In this document: in pieces, positions 11,405 to 22,494 of the stretch
Layout of the letters: each line of letters opens with the position of its first letter
Position numbering within the stretch: the first letter of the stretch is position 1
DNA from: Nemertoderma westbladi
Taxonomy: Eukaryota > Animalia > Xenacoelomorpha
Assembly (NCBI GenBank): GCA_032718475.1
Contig: JAUCBJ010006492.1
Coordinates: 1-33,638 of the forward strand
Length of the DNA: 33,638 bases
Direction: 5' to 3'
Made by a program: the position numbers and the translations under genes
The notes under the pieces: generated by a model
What the model was told of the DNA's origin: nothing
The model's database searches: none
The model's input: the letters and a program-made list of their open reading frames with translations, nothing else

Positions 11405-12154
11405 TGTGTTTTTAGTAAAAACACGTGGAAACGGTTGAAATTTCGGGTTTAAGTACGTAAACGCGGGAGGACAAATTTGAAAATCGGCTGTGATTGGCTG
11501 CTACATAATTTCGTATTGTTTTCTATGGAGGGTGATTTTAGATCCATTTAAATACACATTTAATTTCAATTTAATTTCACACATGGCTTATAACGGGGAG
11601 TCTTGCGCGTCTTTTAACACTACAATTACGTAAATTCATGATGATGAACATTGATAAAATACTGTTTGCAATTTTGCAAACTTGGTAGATTGCCTGACCC
11701 CGTATGCAAGCACTCAACCACGTCGCCATAGCCGCCTATTACATTGCAGTATCGGAGTAGGCCTATTAATTGCTGTATTGTTGCTAAGTTAATTAAGTTC
11801 AGTACAGTACTGCACTACTTGCATACCGGTCAGGCAATCTGCGAGTTTATAATTGTGAATTGATTCATTTTATCAACGTTCATCACCATGAATTGAATTA
11901 ATTGTGGTGTCAAAAGACGCACAAGACTCTGCGCTTTCAGTTGATTTAAGCCACGTGAGAAATGATTGAGATTAAATGTATTTAAATCGATCTAATCTCA
12001 CCCTCCATAGAAACCAATACAAGAAATTATCAGAGCACTGCGTAGTGACGTCAAATATGTAGCAGCCAATCACAGCCGATTTTCGAAATTGGTTTCCCGG
12101 GCTTACAAACCCACCATTTCGACCGTTTCCTCGTATTTTTACAAAAAAAACACA
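11405..12154. repeat. ~750-bp imperfect inverted repeat (foldback/MITE-like)
   Basis: Arms ~11405-11710 and ~11818-12154 are collinear reverse complements, e.g. aaaatcggctgtgattggctgctacata / tatgtagcagccaatcacagccgatttt and agattgcctgacc / ggtcaggcaatct. Confidence 0.9.
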
Positions 12155-12274
12155 GTAATTCGTATCAAAATAGTAAGTTTAAGTGGAAAATTCACCTTCA
12201 CTCAACTATTTGCTTCCATTTTGTAATTATTTAAAAATATCACTACAGCTAAGTAGCATTGTGATGCAGTCCAC

Positions 12275-12288
12275 GTTACCATAGCAAC
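12275..12288. promoter_or_regulatory. RFX X-box motif GTTACCATAGCAAC
   Basis: Exact fit to the X-box consensus GTNRCC-N2-RGYAAC, in an early intron of a predicted ciliary gene. Function not shown. Confidence 0.55.
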
Positions 12289-12764
12289 AGACCAAATAAG
12301 ACGATTTAATAAGAATTTTATTTACAGTATAACTATAATGCAGTTTTCCCTAGTTTAACTTACCAGAGTTTTGAGGAATTTAATGTGACACACGTCGCAT
12401 AGATATGGATTCGCCATCTCTTGTACAAAAGTACAAATACCATTCACAAAAAATACCATCTAAACTTAATTTTCGGGATTTGGCAGGTAGACTATTATAA
12501 TCTCTGTTTGGATGTTATTTTTAAATTAAGGGGAAGGGGAAGGAGCACGGTTACAGTGTATCATTTAATTATAACCAAAACAACAAACGAATTTCAAAGG
12601 ACAGGTTACATATTTGTTACTTTTCTTATTTTTTGAGGTATTAATTTTCATTACCACACCGCCATCCCCCTAACTCTCCCCCACACCTTAACTTTATTTA
12701 ACTTATTTAAATTTTATAACTTGGGTTAAATATCATAGCTCCCGTATTTTATATGTCCCTCTAG

Positions 12765-12972
12765 TAGAGAACTTGCGAACACAATTGGGCATGGTGACGT
12801 CAGAGAAGGAGTCGGCCCTAGAGATGGCGGCCATGTTGCAGTTGGAATTGGACCGGGTGGAGACAGCCAATAGGAAACGAGTGAACCAGTTACAGTCTCA
12901 GTACAACGACGTCCAATCACAACACGAGCAGGGCTTACGGATGGCCAGTCAATATCATTTGCTGCAAGCGAG
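12765..12972 (+). CDS. SCLT1: SCLT1-like exon (tandem TAGTAG acceptor: start 12765 or 12768)
   Basis: ENLRTQLGMVTSEKESALEMAAMLQLELDRV resembles recalled human SCLT1 RNLQEQLQLANQEKTQAVELWQTVSQELDRL. Donor AG|gtcagt, phase 2. Confidence 0.8.
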
Positions 12973-13227
12973 GTCAGTCTGGTAAATAACATTCAGTTAT
13001 TTATCAACTGAAATCTGGAAAGTAAAGAAAAAAAAGTTAAACAACCGATCGATCAAACTGATTATAGGCCGCCCTAATACCAATAATTATCTCCTTTACA
13101 CAATATAATTTGTACTGTTGTTACACTTTTTGAGACAGGGGGGGGGGGTGGGGGGGGGGGGGGGGGGGGGAACTGGACGCAAAACCCGCCTTGGCGAATT
13201 AATATCCCGCCTAAATGTTAAATTCTC

Positions 13228-13346
13228 AATTTAGGGAAAGGAGCAGGTTACAGTGGCACCTTATTTTAACCAAAACAATAAACTAAACACAATAGAACAG
13301 GTTAGAGGTTTATAATCGAGAGTAATCTTCTGTTGTTTGCGTCGAA
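13228..13346 (+). repeat. Unclassified ~110-bp dispersed repeat (other copies ~12523-12612 +, ~29303-29397 -, ~30961-31025 +)
   Basis: Shared blocks GGAAAGGAGCAGGTT, AACCAAAACAATAAA, AATAGARCAGGTTA and TGTTRTTTGCGTCGA; not every copy has every block. Confidence 0.7.
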
Positions 13347-13436
13347 TTTTCCCTGGTGACGGATGAATTTTTATTGCGTCCAGTTTCCCCCCCCCCCCCC
13401 CCCCCCCCCCCCTATCTGCATTTTTTACTCTCTATA

Positions 13437-13531
13437 GGCGGCGTTCATAAAGTATGTAATGCACTGCCAGGGGGGGGGGGGGGTGTCAAATGTCGGGAAA
13501 ATTTCCGTTACATACTTTATGAACTCCCCCC
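13437..13531. mobile_element. 95-bp MITE-like hairpin, possibly PIF/Harbinger type
   Basis: TIRs GGCGGCGTTCATAAAGTATGTAA / TTACATACTTTATGAACTCCCCCC with a 17-bp perfect core, around a poly-G tract. No clear TSD. Confidence 0.65.
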
Positions 13532-13559
13532 ATCATATCTGATTCCCGACTGTTTATAG

Positions 13560-13728
13560 AAACACAGTACTGGAGAAAGATCACGCGGTAATATCCCAGA
13601 CGAACCGAGACCTCGAACTCGCGATGTTAAGTGTCACGGAAGGTGATAGTAAACTACGAGCAGAAATAAAAACAGCCAAACAGCAGAACAGTCAACTGCG
13701 AGAAAACTTTGAGAAAGTATGTCAGCAG
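13560..13728 (+). CDS. SCLT1: SCLT1-like exon
   Basis: tttatag|A AAC ACA...CAG CAG|gtaagt; open frame NTVLEKDHAVISQ...FEKVCQQ; phases 2/0 fit the neighbours. Confidence 0.8.
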
Positions 13729-14529
13729 GTAAGTCAATCAATATAATAAAGTGATATTGTGGGGCGAGCCACGAAGGAGTTAGTGAGCTTTATAGCGTAC
13801 GGATTAGTAATTTCCTAATCTTGATTGACTTTTACACAATAGATGTTGCCTCTGTATAGTGTGTAAATTATAGGGTTTAATTAATTCATCAGAAAATAAC
13901 AGAAAACATAACAGAAAATAACCCTTTTTGTGTAATATAATGAATTTTTTAATGTTTTAAATGAATTTAATTGAATGAATTTAATTTTTAACTGTTTAGT
14001 GTTTAGTTAAATATCGATTGGTTTGGCACTTTATATGATTTAATTAAATATAATTATTATATAACAACAACTTATTATTGATGATTTTCAAGTTTACATC
14101 GAGGATTATTAATGTAGTGGGGGGAGGCAGAACCAGAACACAGTAGTAAAACAGTCTAACTCTAAAATAAACTATATAAAACTGTCTAAAATTAATAAAT
14201 CAGTAACGGACTAAGTGATGAAATAGATGAATCGCTGAATTCTATGATTTGAATCAATTTCATGAAATTTTAAAAAAATTTAAATTTTAAAAATGTTATT
14301 AAAATGTTTCACGTGAAATAATTCAAGTCTATGAAGTTCGAGAAATCTCATGTACTATTCCATGCATCATATAGATATGTAAAAATGTCCACTGACTTTG
14401 TTTCAATTGCTTCACAGACGTAGTTTATTTCCCACTTACGTATTTCACGTCTTTAATATAATTTCTGCAACAGTTTCTATATCTACAGCAGTCTGACTTA
14501 ATCGCTGCCACATCTCTATAATATAAATC

Positions 14530-14968
14530 GGCCTGCTGCATTGAAGCTGCACATGGGATCTGAGATGCTGTGCCGGCTTAACAAAAACATTTTATCATCA
14601 CCATGCAATCCACAATTGAAAAGCACAATGCATCATGTATTACGTATGCTGTGCCGGCTTATCAACAAAATTGCGCCGCCACAACTCCCTATTTCCCATG
14701 ACATTTGCTAGATCATCCGCATCTTTAAGGCCAGTGTCCTTTAAGATGCGTCTCAAGAAAGTAATGGGCTGTCCACCATGCTTATTCACTCCATGAGGCT
14801 GCCAAAGTACAAGATTATGCACTGGCTGGTCCTCACGGCGAAAGCAATGTCCTGCAAAGCGGAGGCGATTTTGTTCTAGTGTCAAGCTTGGGGGAACCAA
14901 TGAGACACCTCCAATGTTATATAGTGTCTGGTTGGAGATGTGTGAATTGTACTTGACACAGTGAAACC
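14530..14968 (-). mobile_element. 3' fragment of an RTE-clade LINE
   Basis: SHISNQTLY...RLRFAGHCFRR...LVLWQPHG...GGQP...ILKDTGL...MGNRELWR matches the RTE ORF C-terminus. ATGCTGTGCCGGCTTA is duplicated at ~14566 and ~14646. Confidence 0.85.
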
Positions 14969-16834
14969 AGCTGCCACATAAAAATGGTTATCACATCCAA
15001 TTAAAATCGTAGCAACAAGTATTTCTATTATTTATAATTATATCGTAGCTTAAGTGTCATGAAGGCCCTAAGTCGATTTTTGTTGGTTTTTACTTTTTTA
15101 TTAATTTCCACACTTTAAGACATGCTCTATCAGCTGGTGGAGATTTAAACATTTTAACCAATAGGAAGTGATGATTATTGCGCGGTAAAGTAAAGCCCTA
15201 TTATATACCAGCGGACACTATTTTACTGCAGAAAGGCCCTATGTAAAGTTTTAACCAATGGTAAGTGATATTAAACTTTAAGGAACAATTCAAACTTTCC
15301 CACTATTTTAGATAATACCATATTTTTTTCTTCAACAATAACTTTGTCAAAAATGATAGGAATTCAACGAAATTTTTCATGCTTACTAAACATTTAACTA
15401 GTAAAGCAACGTTTAAGCAATTTTATCGTATCTGTACCGTGAGAGCCTTTTTATCAAAATGGCCTCGTTCAATTGTTAAATATAGTGCTGCTCGAAGGCT
15501 TGTCAAATATCAGACTAGGTCTTACGTTTTGGGTAATATAACTTGAATTTGGGAAAAGATATGAGACCGCTTGCAGATTTGAAATCCCCATTAAATCCCC
15601 ACATGATTTTTTGTTTTTTTTTAAGTTTTTTGTCAATTTCCAAAATAGGGGGTTGCTACTCCCCCTTAAAATTTTGAAATAAAAGCAAATTAGCATAGGG
15701 GTTCCATTTAGTTGTCTGTCGTCATCGTCCAATTTTTGATCGCTAATAACTCTGCCATTCCTTGATTAAATTAAACAAAACCTGGTTGAAAAATTAGACA
15801 GTCAGTCAGTCGGTACCGGTAGTTTCAGACTTTTGATAAAAACCGAAATAAGTAGGCCAATCATTGATGAACTTATACCAAACTTGGTACGTTCATGTAG
15901 TCTGTCAAAATTTTCGAAATTGTAGGCCCTACACACAAACGGACTTCTATAGTTCCTCTATCGGCCAGGTAGAGGGCAAATTGTAAATAAGTAGCTATAA
16001 GTATAGAACCAACCAGCAGATTCATCTGAATTTGGTAGAAATTACCGAACATTAAGGAAGGCTTTTTTAATAATTTTGCGATCCAACAGACTATGTCAGT
16101 TCCTCTGTCAGTCCCATGGCGGCGTATTGTAAATACAAACAAGTACTCGGATTACAGCTTCTCAGGATAATTTAGTCTCGTGCTGCGCGAAGGCCCCCAC
16201 GAACGTGTAACAAACCGTTCTCAACAGATAAATTTTTTCAAATATTAAGTATTTTATCTTATTTATAAAAAGGAAATTTTTTCTATTAGTAACTACTAAA
16301 TAATTTATTTTTTTTAATATTTTACATTGTTAATAATCGAAAATCATCGATAATCGATCGAAAATGTCAGAAAATTGATCGAAATATTTACTTCAAATGT
16401 AATACTTTTGAAAATAGTCAACATAGAAACAACTTTATTGCATGGGGAAATAACTCTTTATTTTCCAACTAAATAATGTTCAACTTTATTCCCCGATGGT
16501 ATAATAATATCTTATTCTCTTAGCTTAGCTGTTTTGCGTGGATTCTGCTGGTGGAGTATATAAAAGGGGTTTGATGTTTTCGGAGAGCTCAACGTTGGGT
16601 GTTAGTGTGGTGCCCTCCCCGCCTTACAGGTACCATCTAAGAGAGAGGAGTTGCCTTTCGTGTTTCACCGATATCTTTTTCTATGATTCTATGCACTACG
16701 CTATAAAAGTACGCTAAAAACCCCGTTATTAAGTTATTATTACTTTTCAACGTTAACACAATCTGTTCTGTTGTTACAATTTACTGACCCGCCATCCGTG
16801 TACATATTATATACTCACTTCTGACCAATTCATC

Positions 16835-17097
16835 GGAGCAGCTTGGTCTAGTGGTGACATTACTGTGCTTCCGATTAGGGAGCCCGGGTTCGATCCCTAG
16901 ATGGGGCAGCACTGTTTGGGCACAGTGCTTTAAATGCTACAGCCTAGCCCAACCCCGGCTTTCATCCTTCAGTGGTCGATAAATGGGAACCAAGGCAACT
17001 TGGGAAACAGAGTGGTGAAAGGTTTTATTGTGGAAGATCACCCATGGTGGTGAACAGGCATTCCTTGGCTTAACGAGCCTAAAAGATTCTCCCATTC
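16835..17097 (+). mobile_element. tRNA-derived SINE, copy 1
   Basis: Pol III A box TGGTCTAGTGG and B box GGTTCGATCCC; central GCTTTCATCCTTCAGTGGTCGATAAAT; near-identical to copy 2; atatactcacttc present on both sides. Confidence 0.9.
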
Positions 17098-17142
17098 ATA
17101 TACTCACTTCATCCTATATATATTAATTTGTTATTTCTTAAG

Positions 17143-17212
17143 GTGGCGTTAAAAGACCGCGATCGTCACACTGCCGTGAATGCTGAAAGGGCTGCCGATG
17201 ATAGAGTTCGAG
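17143..17212 (+). CDS. SCLT1: SCLT1-like 70-nt exon
   Basis: ttcttaag|GTG...CGA G|gttggt; VALKDRDRHTAVNAERAADDRVR resembles recalled MKKKEKDVVSAHGREEASDRRLQ; phases 0/1. Confidence 0.8.
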
Positions 17213-17523
17213 GTTGGTTGTTATTGATTGATTGATTCATTATTGATTGAAATATAGCGATTTCGGTGGTCGAGGTCTAGGCTGTGCAGCCTTGAGCTGC
17301 TGTATCAGACCACGGATATTGACAACTCAAACAGCTTCTGCCCGTAACGTTTTAAGCCCATGTGAACAGACTTGCTGCTGTTATATTTTACTTTGCAGTT
17401 TACCGGTTACCCCATATGAAGAAGAATACTGTCAGCTTTTCTCTAAAAAAATATTTTCTATCCAAAAAAAAGGTTTTCTCTTTTTCTTAATAAGGAAAAA
17501 TTTAAAATTATTAGTCTTCATAT

Positions 17524-17862
17524 TAGTGTATAAACGGGATCATACTTTCCGGGATCGGGACCGGGATTGCCACTCTCGGGATCCCGTTTTTCGGGATCGG
17601 GATATCAATTAAATTCCTTAAGGTTATTAGTATATGTGGCATAATAAAGTTATATAAAGTTATTTTTCAATTGATTTCTGGATGGTTAACTGACATAAAA
17701 ATTCGATATAATCAATAAATTTGCGTTCTGCTGGAACTATTTCAGATATTCAATAAATTTACTTCACTATTTATACTTTGGGATCCCGTTACACAAATTG
17801 TCGGGATCGGGATTGCATTTTTCGCCGGGATCTCGGCTTTTCGTGATCCCGTTTAAATAATA
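17524..17862. mobile_element. Non-autonomous TIR element (hAT-like MITE) with CGGGAT subterminal motifs
   Basis: TAGTGTATAAACGGGATC / GATCCCGTTTAAATAATA (15 of 18 complementary); CGGGAT clusters at both ends; no TSD detectable. Confidence 0.65.
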
Positions 17863-17984
17863 ATGTACACATCACTGTACGTAAAACATTCGCAATTCTG
17901 ATCGTTTACTCCGTTTACTAACCCAGCCATCAACGCCACTTCAATTATTAAATGTCATTATTTTTTGTTAGAATATAAATATTG

Positions 17985-18243
17985 AATGGGAGAATCTTTT
18001 AGGCTCGTTAAGCCAAGGAATGCCTGTTCACCACCATGGGTGATCTTCCACAGTAAACCCTTCCACTCTGTTTCCCAAGTTGCCTTGGTTCCGATTTATC
18101 GACCACTGAAGGATGAAAGCCGGGGTTGGGCTAGGCTGCAGCATTTAAAGCACTGTGCCCAAACAGTGCTGCCCCATCTAGGGATCGAACCCGGGCTCCC
18201 TAATCGGAAGCATAGTAATGTCACCACTAGACCAAGCTGCTCC
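17985..18243 (-). mobile_element. tRNA-derived SINE, copy 2, with a 15-bp TSD
   Basis: Reverse complement of copy 1; perfect direct repeat AGAATATAAATATTG at 17970-17984 and 18244-18258. Confidence 0.93.
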
Positions 18244-18353
18244 AGAATATAAATATTGTATCAATATTATACTTCTAGAAAATTTGGTGAAGGGCAGTAA
18301 TGCAGTATGTGTTACTATTCTGGTTAAGTTGTTTAATTTTTATTATTTTATAG

Positions 18354-18514
18354 AATTACAATCAGCTTTAACCGAAATGGAAATAAAATACCAGAGTACC
18401 ATAAAAGATACGGCTGACATAGCCAGTAGCAATAGGGAGTTCGAACTCACTGTCAGCAGGTTGCAAAGTCGTTGTGAACAGCTGGTAAGAAGAGAACTCG
18501 AGGCCGCCAAACAG
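18354..18514 (+). CDS. SCLT1: SCLT1-like exon
   Basis: ttttatag|AA TTA CAA...AAA CAG|gtcagt; LQSALTEMEIKYQSTI...RLQSRCEQL...EAAKQ resembles recalled LQSSIKQLEIRLCVTI...ELQAKCNEL...EAIVR; phases 1/0. Confidence 0.82.
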
Positions 18515-18712
18515 GTCAGTTAGTCCGAATGCCAAGTCCTGGGTAGACTAGACAGATCGAACTACATTACAAATCGATTAAGTGGGTTCTTTATGCAACA
18601 TGGTATTTTTTAGTGTGAGTTACAAAACAAAGACCAAAGACTCAGACCTGTACAAAACACTTGTTAACTTTTGTTTATTGTTTTGGTTCCCCCAACAGTT
18701 GCAGCTGCAGTT

Positions 18713-18914
18713 TTAAGAATGCTGTGCCGGCTTGTTGACAAAATTGCGCCTCCACAACTCCCTATCACCCATGACATTTGCTAGATCATCCGCATCTTCA
18801 AGACCAGTGTCCTTTAAGATGCGTCTCAAGAAAGTCATGGGCTGTCCATCATGCTTATTCACTCCATGAGGCTGCCAAAGTACAAGATTATGCACTGGCT
18901 GGTCCTCACGGCGA
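18713..18914 (-). mobile_element. Second 3' fragment of the same RTE family
   Basis: Near-identical to ~14640-14841; ends abruptly where the 17-bp array begins. Confidence 0.85.
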
Positions 18915-21275
18915 CCTTTGGGACCTAATGCTCTTTGGGACCTAACGCTCTTTGGGACCTAATGCTCTTTGGGACCTAACGCTCTTTGGGACCGTAACGC
19001 TCTTTGGGACCTAACGCTCTTTGGGACCTAACGCTCTTTGGGACCTAACGCTCTTTGGGACCTAACGTTCTTTGGGACCTAACGCTCTTTGGGACCTAAC
19101 GCTCTTTGGGACCTAACGCTCTTTGGGACCTAACGCTCTTTGGGACCTAACGCTCTTTGGGACCTAACGCTCTTTGGGACTTAATACTCTTTGGGACCTA
19201 ACGCTCTTTGGGACCTAACGTCCTTTGGAACCTAACACTCTTTGTGACCTAACGCTCTTTGGGACCTAACGCTCTTTGGGACATAACGCTCTTTGGGACC
19301 TAACGCTCTTTGGAACCTAACGCTCTTTGGGACCTAACGCTCTTTGGGACCTAACGTCCTTTGGAACCTAACGCTCTTTTGGACCTAACGCTCTTTGGGA
19401 CCTAACGCTCTTTGGGACCTAACGTCCTTTGGAACCTAACACTCTTTGTGACCTAACGCTCTTTGGGACCTAACGCTCTTTGGGACATAACGCTCTTTGG
19501 GACCTAACGCTCTTTGGAACCTAACGCTCTTTGGGACCTAACGCTCTTTGGGACCTAACGTCCTTTGAACCTAACGCTCTTTTGGACCTAACGCTCTTTG
19601 GGACCTAACGTCCTTTGGAACCTAACGCCCTTTGGGACCTAACGCTCTTTGGGACCTAACGCTCTTTGGAACCTAACGCTCTTTGGGACCTAACGCTCTT
19701 TGGGACCTAACGCTCTTTGGGACCTAACGCTTTTGGGACCTAACGCTCTTTGGGACCTAACGTTCTTTGGGACCTAACGCTCTTTGGGACCTAACGCTCT
19801 TTGGGACCTAACGCTCTTTGGGACCTAACGCTCTTTGGGACCTAACGCTCTTTGGAACCTAACGCTCTTTGGGACCTAACGCTCTTTGGGACCTAACGCT
19901 CTTTGGGACCTAACGCTCTTTGGGACCTAACGCTCTTTGGGACCTAACGCTCTTTGGGACCTAACGCTCTTTGGAACCTAACGCTCTTTGGGACCTAACG
20001 CTCTTTGGGACCTAACGCTCCTTTGGAACCTAACGCTCTTTGGGACCTAACGCTCTTTGGGTCCTAACGCTCTTTGGGACCTAACGTTCTTTGGGACCTA
20101 ACGCTCCTTTGGAACCTAATGCTCTTTGGGACCTAACGCTCTTTGGGACCTAACGCTCTTTGGGACCTAACGCTCTTTGGGACCTAACGCTCTTTGGGAC
20201 CTAACGCTCTTTGGGACCTAACGCTCTTTGGGACCTAACGCTCTTTGGGACCTAATGCTCTTTGGGACCTAACGCTCTTTGGGACCTAACGCTCTTTGGG
20301 TCCTAACGCTCTTTGGGACCTAACATTCTTTGGGACCTAACGCTCTTTGGAACCTAACGCTCTTTGGGACCTAACTCTCTTTGCGACCTAATGCTCTTTG
20401 GAACCTAACGCTCTTTGGGACCTAACGCTCTTTGGGACCTAACGCTCTTTGGGACCTAACGCTCTTTGGGACCTAACTCTGTTTGGACCTAATGCTCTTT
20501 GGGACCTAACGCTCTTTGGGACCTAACTCTGTTTGGGACCTAACGCTTTTTGGGACCTAACGCTCTTTGGGACCTAATGCTCTTTGGGACCTAAACGCTC
20601 TTTGGGACCTAACGCTCTTTGGGACCTAACGCTCTTTGGGACCTAACGCTCTTTGGGACCTAACGCTCTTTGGAACCTAACGCTCTTTGGGACCTAACGC
20701 TCTTTGGGACCTAACGTCCTTTGGAACCTAACGCTCTTTTGGACCTAACGCTCTTTGGGACCTAACGCTCTTTGGGACCTAACGTCCTTTGGAACCTAAC
20801 GCTCTTTTGGACCTAACGCTCTTTGGGACCTAACGTCCTTTGGAACCTAGCGCCCTTTGGGACCTAACGCTCTTTGGGACCTAACGATCTTTGGGACCTA
20901 ACTCTCTTTTGGACCTAATGCTCTTTGGAACCTAACGCTCTTTGGGACCTAACGCTCTTTGGGACCTAACGCTCTTTGGGACCTAACATTCTTTGGGACC
21001 TAACGCTCTTTGGGGCTCTTTGGGACCTAATGCTCTTTGTAACCTAACGCTCTTTGGGACCTAACGCTCTTTGGGACCTAACGCTCTTTGGGACCTAATG
21101 CTCTTTGGAACCTAACGCTCTTTGGGACCTAACGCTCTTTGGGACCTAACGCTCTTTGGGACCTAACGCTCTTTGGGACCTAATGCTCTTTGGAACCTAA
21201 CGCTCTTTGGGACCTAACGCTCTTTGGGACCTAACGCTCTTTGGGACCTAACGCTCTTTGGGACCTAACTCTCTT
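18915..21275. repeat. 17-bp minisatellite GGGACCTAACGCTCTTT, ~139 copies, intronic
   Basis: Head-to-tail tandem array with recurrent variants (GGAACC, AACGTCC, AATGCT). Confidence 0.99.
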
Positions 21276-21327
21276 AGATATGTCACCGTTTATGTAATAT
21301 ATTAAATTTAAATTTTATTGAATAAAG

Positions 21328-21537
21328 GTTAAGCGTGCCTTAGACGCTGCTGACGCTTACAAACTAGACCGGGATGTCGCCATAGAAACAGAGAAGCAAG
21401 CGAAGCGCGAGGTTTCCGGGCTGGAGGAGCTGATTGGTCGACTTGTGGAAGAGGCTGGGGTTCGTGCGAAGGATGAGGTGGATAGAGTTACTGCTGTCAG
21501 CAACGCAAATACCGATAAATTACTTACTGATATACAG
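21328..21537 (+). CDS. SCLT1: SCLT1-like exon
   Basis: aataaag|GTT...ATA CAG|gtgaat, 210 nt; IGRLVEEAGVRAKDEV resembles recalled VSRFVQDATIRTKKEV; phases 0/0. Confidence 0.82.
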
Positions 21538-22494
21538 GTGAATGGATGTAAAATGGTATATTGTTCGCACACGATATATGATAAATATTATTTATATGAT
21601 TATATTTGATCTGGAGTTAAAAAAATATATTTAATGTAATATTTAGTGACTATGCCATATTTGCCTGGATGTGCAACGCTATTCAGTGAAACGTCTCCTC
21701 TCGAAATTTTTCTACAATAATCATAATTCGATTGAAATTTTAACCAGAGATAGTTTCACTTCCCTCATCCTTAGTTGGTGAGCCTCAATTTTCAATTTTC
21801 GCTTTACTTCAATCCCGGAGGTAACCAGTTCGACCCCACCTGGACGTCATTGCCGACTTTTCTAAGCTGTGCTTAAGTTATAATAAATAAAGTAATTTGT
21901 ATATAAAGTAAATTATAATAATGTGAAAAAATTGTCTCCGACGATATTGCACCAGTCACACCGCAGTTATTCTTCAATAAACACAGATGTTAATGGAAAA
22001 CGGATTCAGAATGCACTTAACATTTACCAGCTGGTATGGAGAGGGAGTGGGAAACATCAAACATCGTTTTTGTTATAAATTACTAAAATAGTCCTTAGTA
22101 AAATTCAATTCATATTGCAATCAATCAGATTTTATAAGAATCTGAAAGTATTGTTCAGCCTGATTATAAAAAAAACACTTCCTTTCAATCGGTAGTCATC
22201 AAAGTAAAGTAGGTACCGGTATGTTAGACCATTGATAACTGTCCATGCCGGTAACCAAACGTAAAGCATTTTTTAAAGTAAAAGGTTTAGGTCTTAATAA
22301 CCAATGAATTCATAAGCAAAAATCATATCTCATTGTATGGTTGGCATTATAGGGATTGAAATGAGTACCATAAAATGTCCCATTCCTATAACCCCCTGTA
22401 ACAGGTCGCAGGTTACTTACTGGCAATGCCTGTAACTATGGTAAGTGTAATTGCGGCTATGTAGATATCAGCGGGAATTTCAAATTATTATTAT

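Noticed and set aside
13138-13483. Poly-G/poly-C tracts as functional G-quadruplex elements
   Set aside because: Simple homopolymers, one inside a MITE; lengths are unreliable and there is no other evidence.
15050-16200. Defined DNA transposon(s)
   Set aside because: MITE-like texture, but I could not pair TIRs or find TSDs.
16520-16700. Solo LTR or Penelope fragment (TATATAAAAGGG; DIGET on the minus strand)
   Set aside because: No TG...CA ends, TSD or extended motif support.
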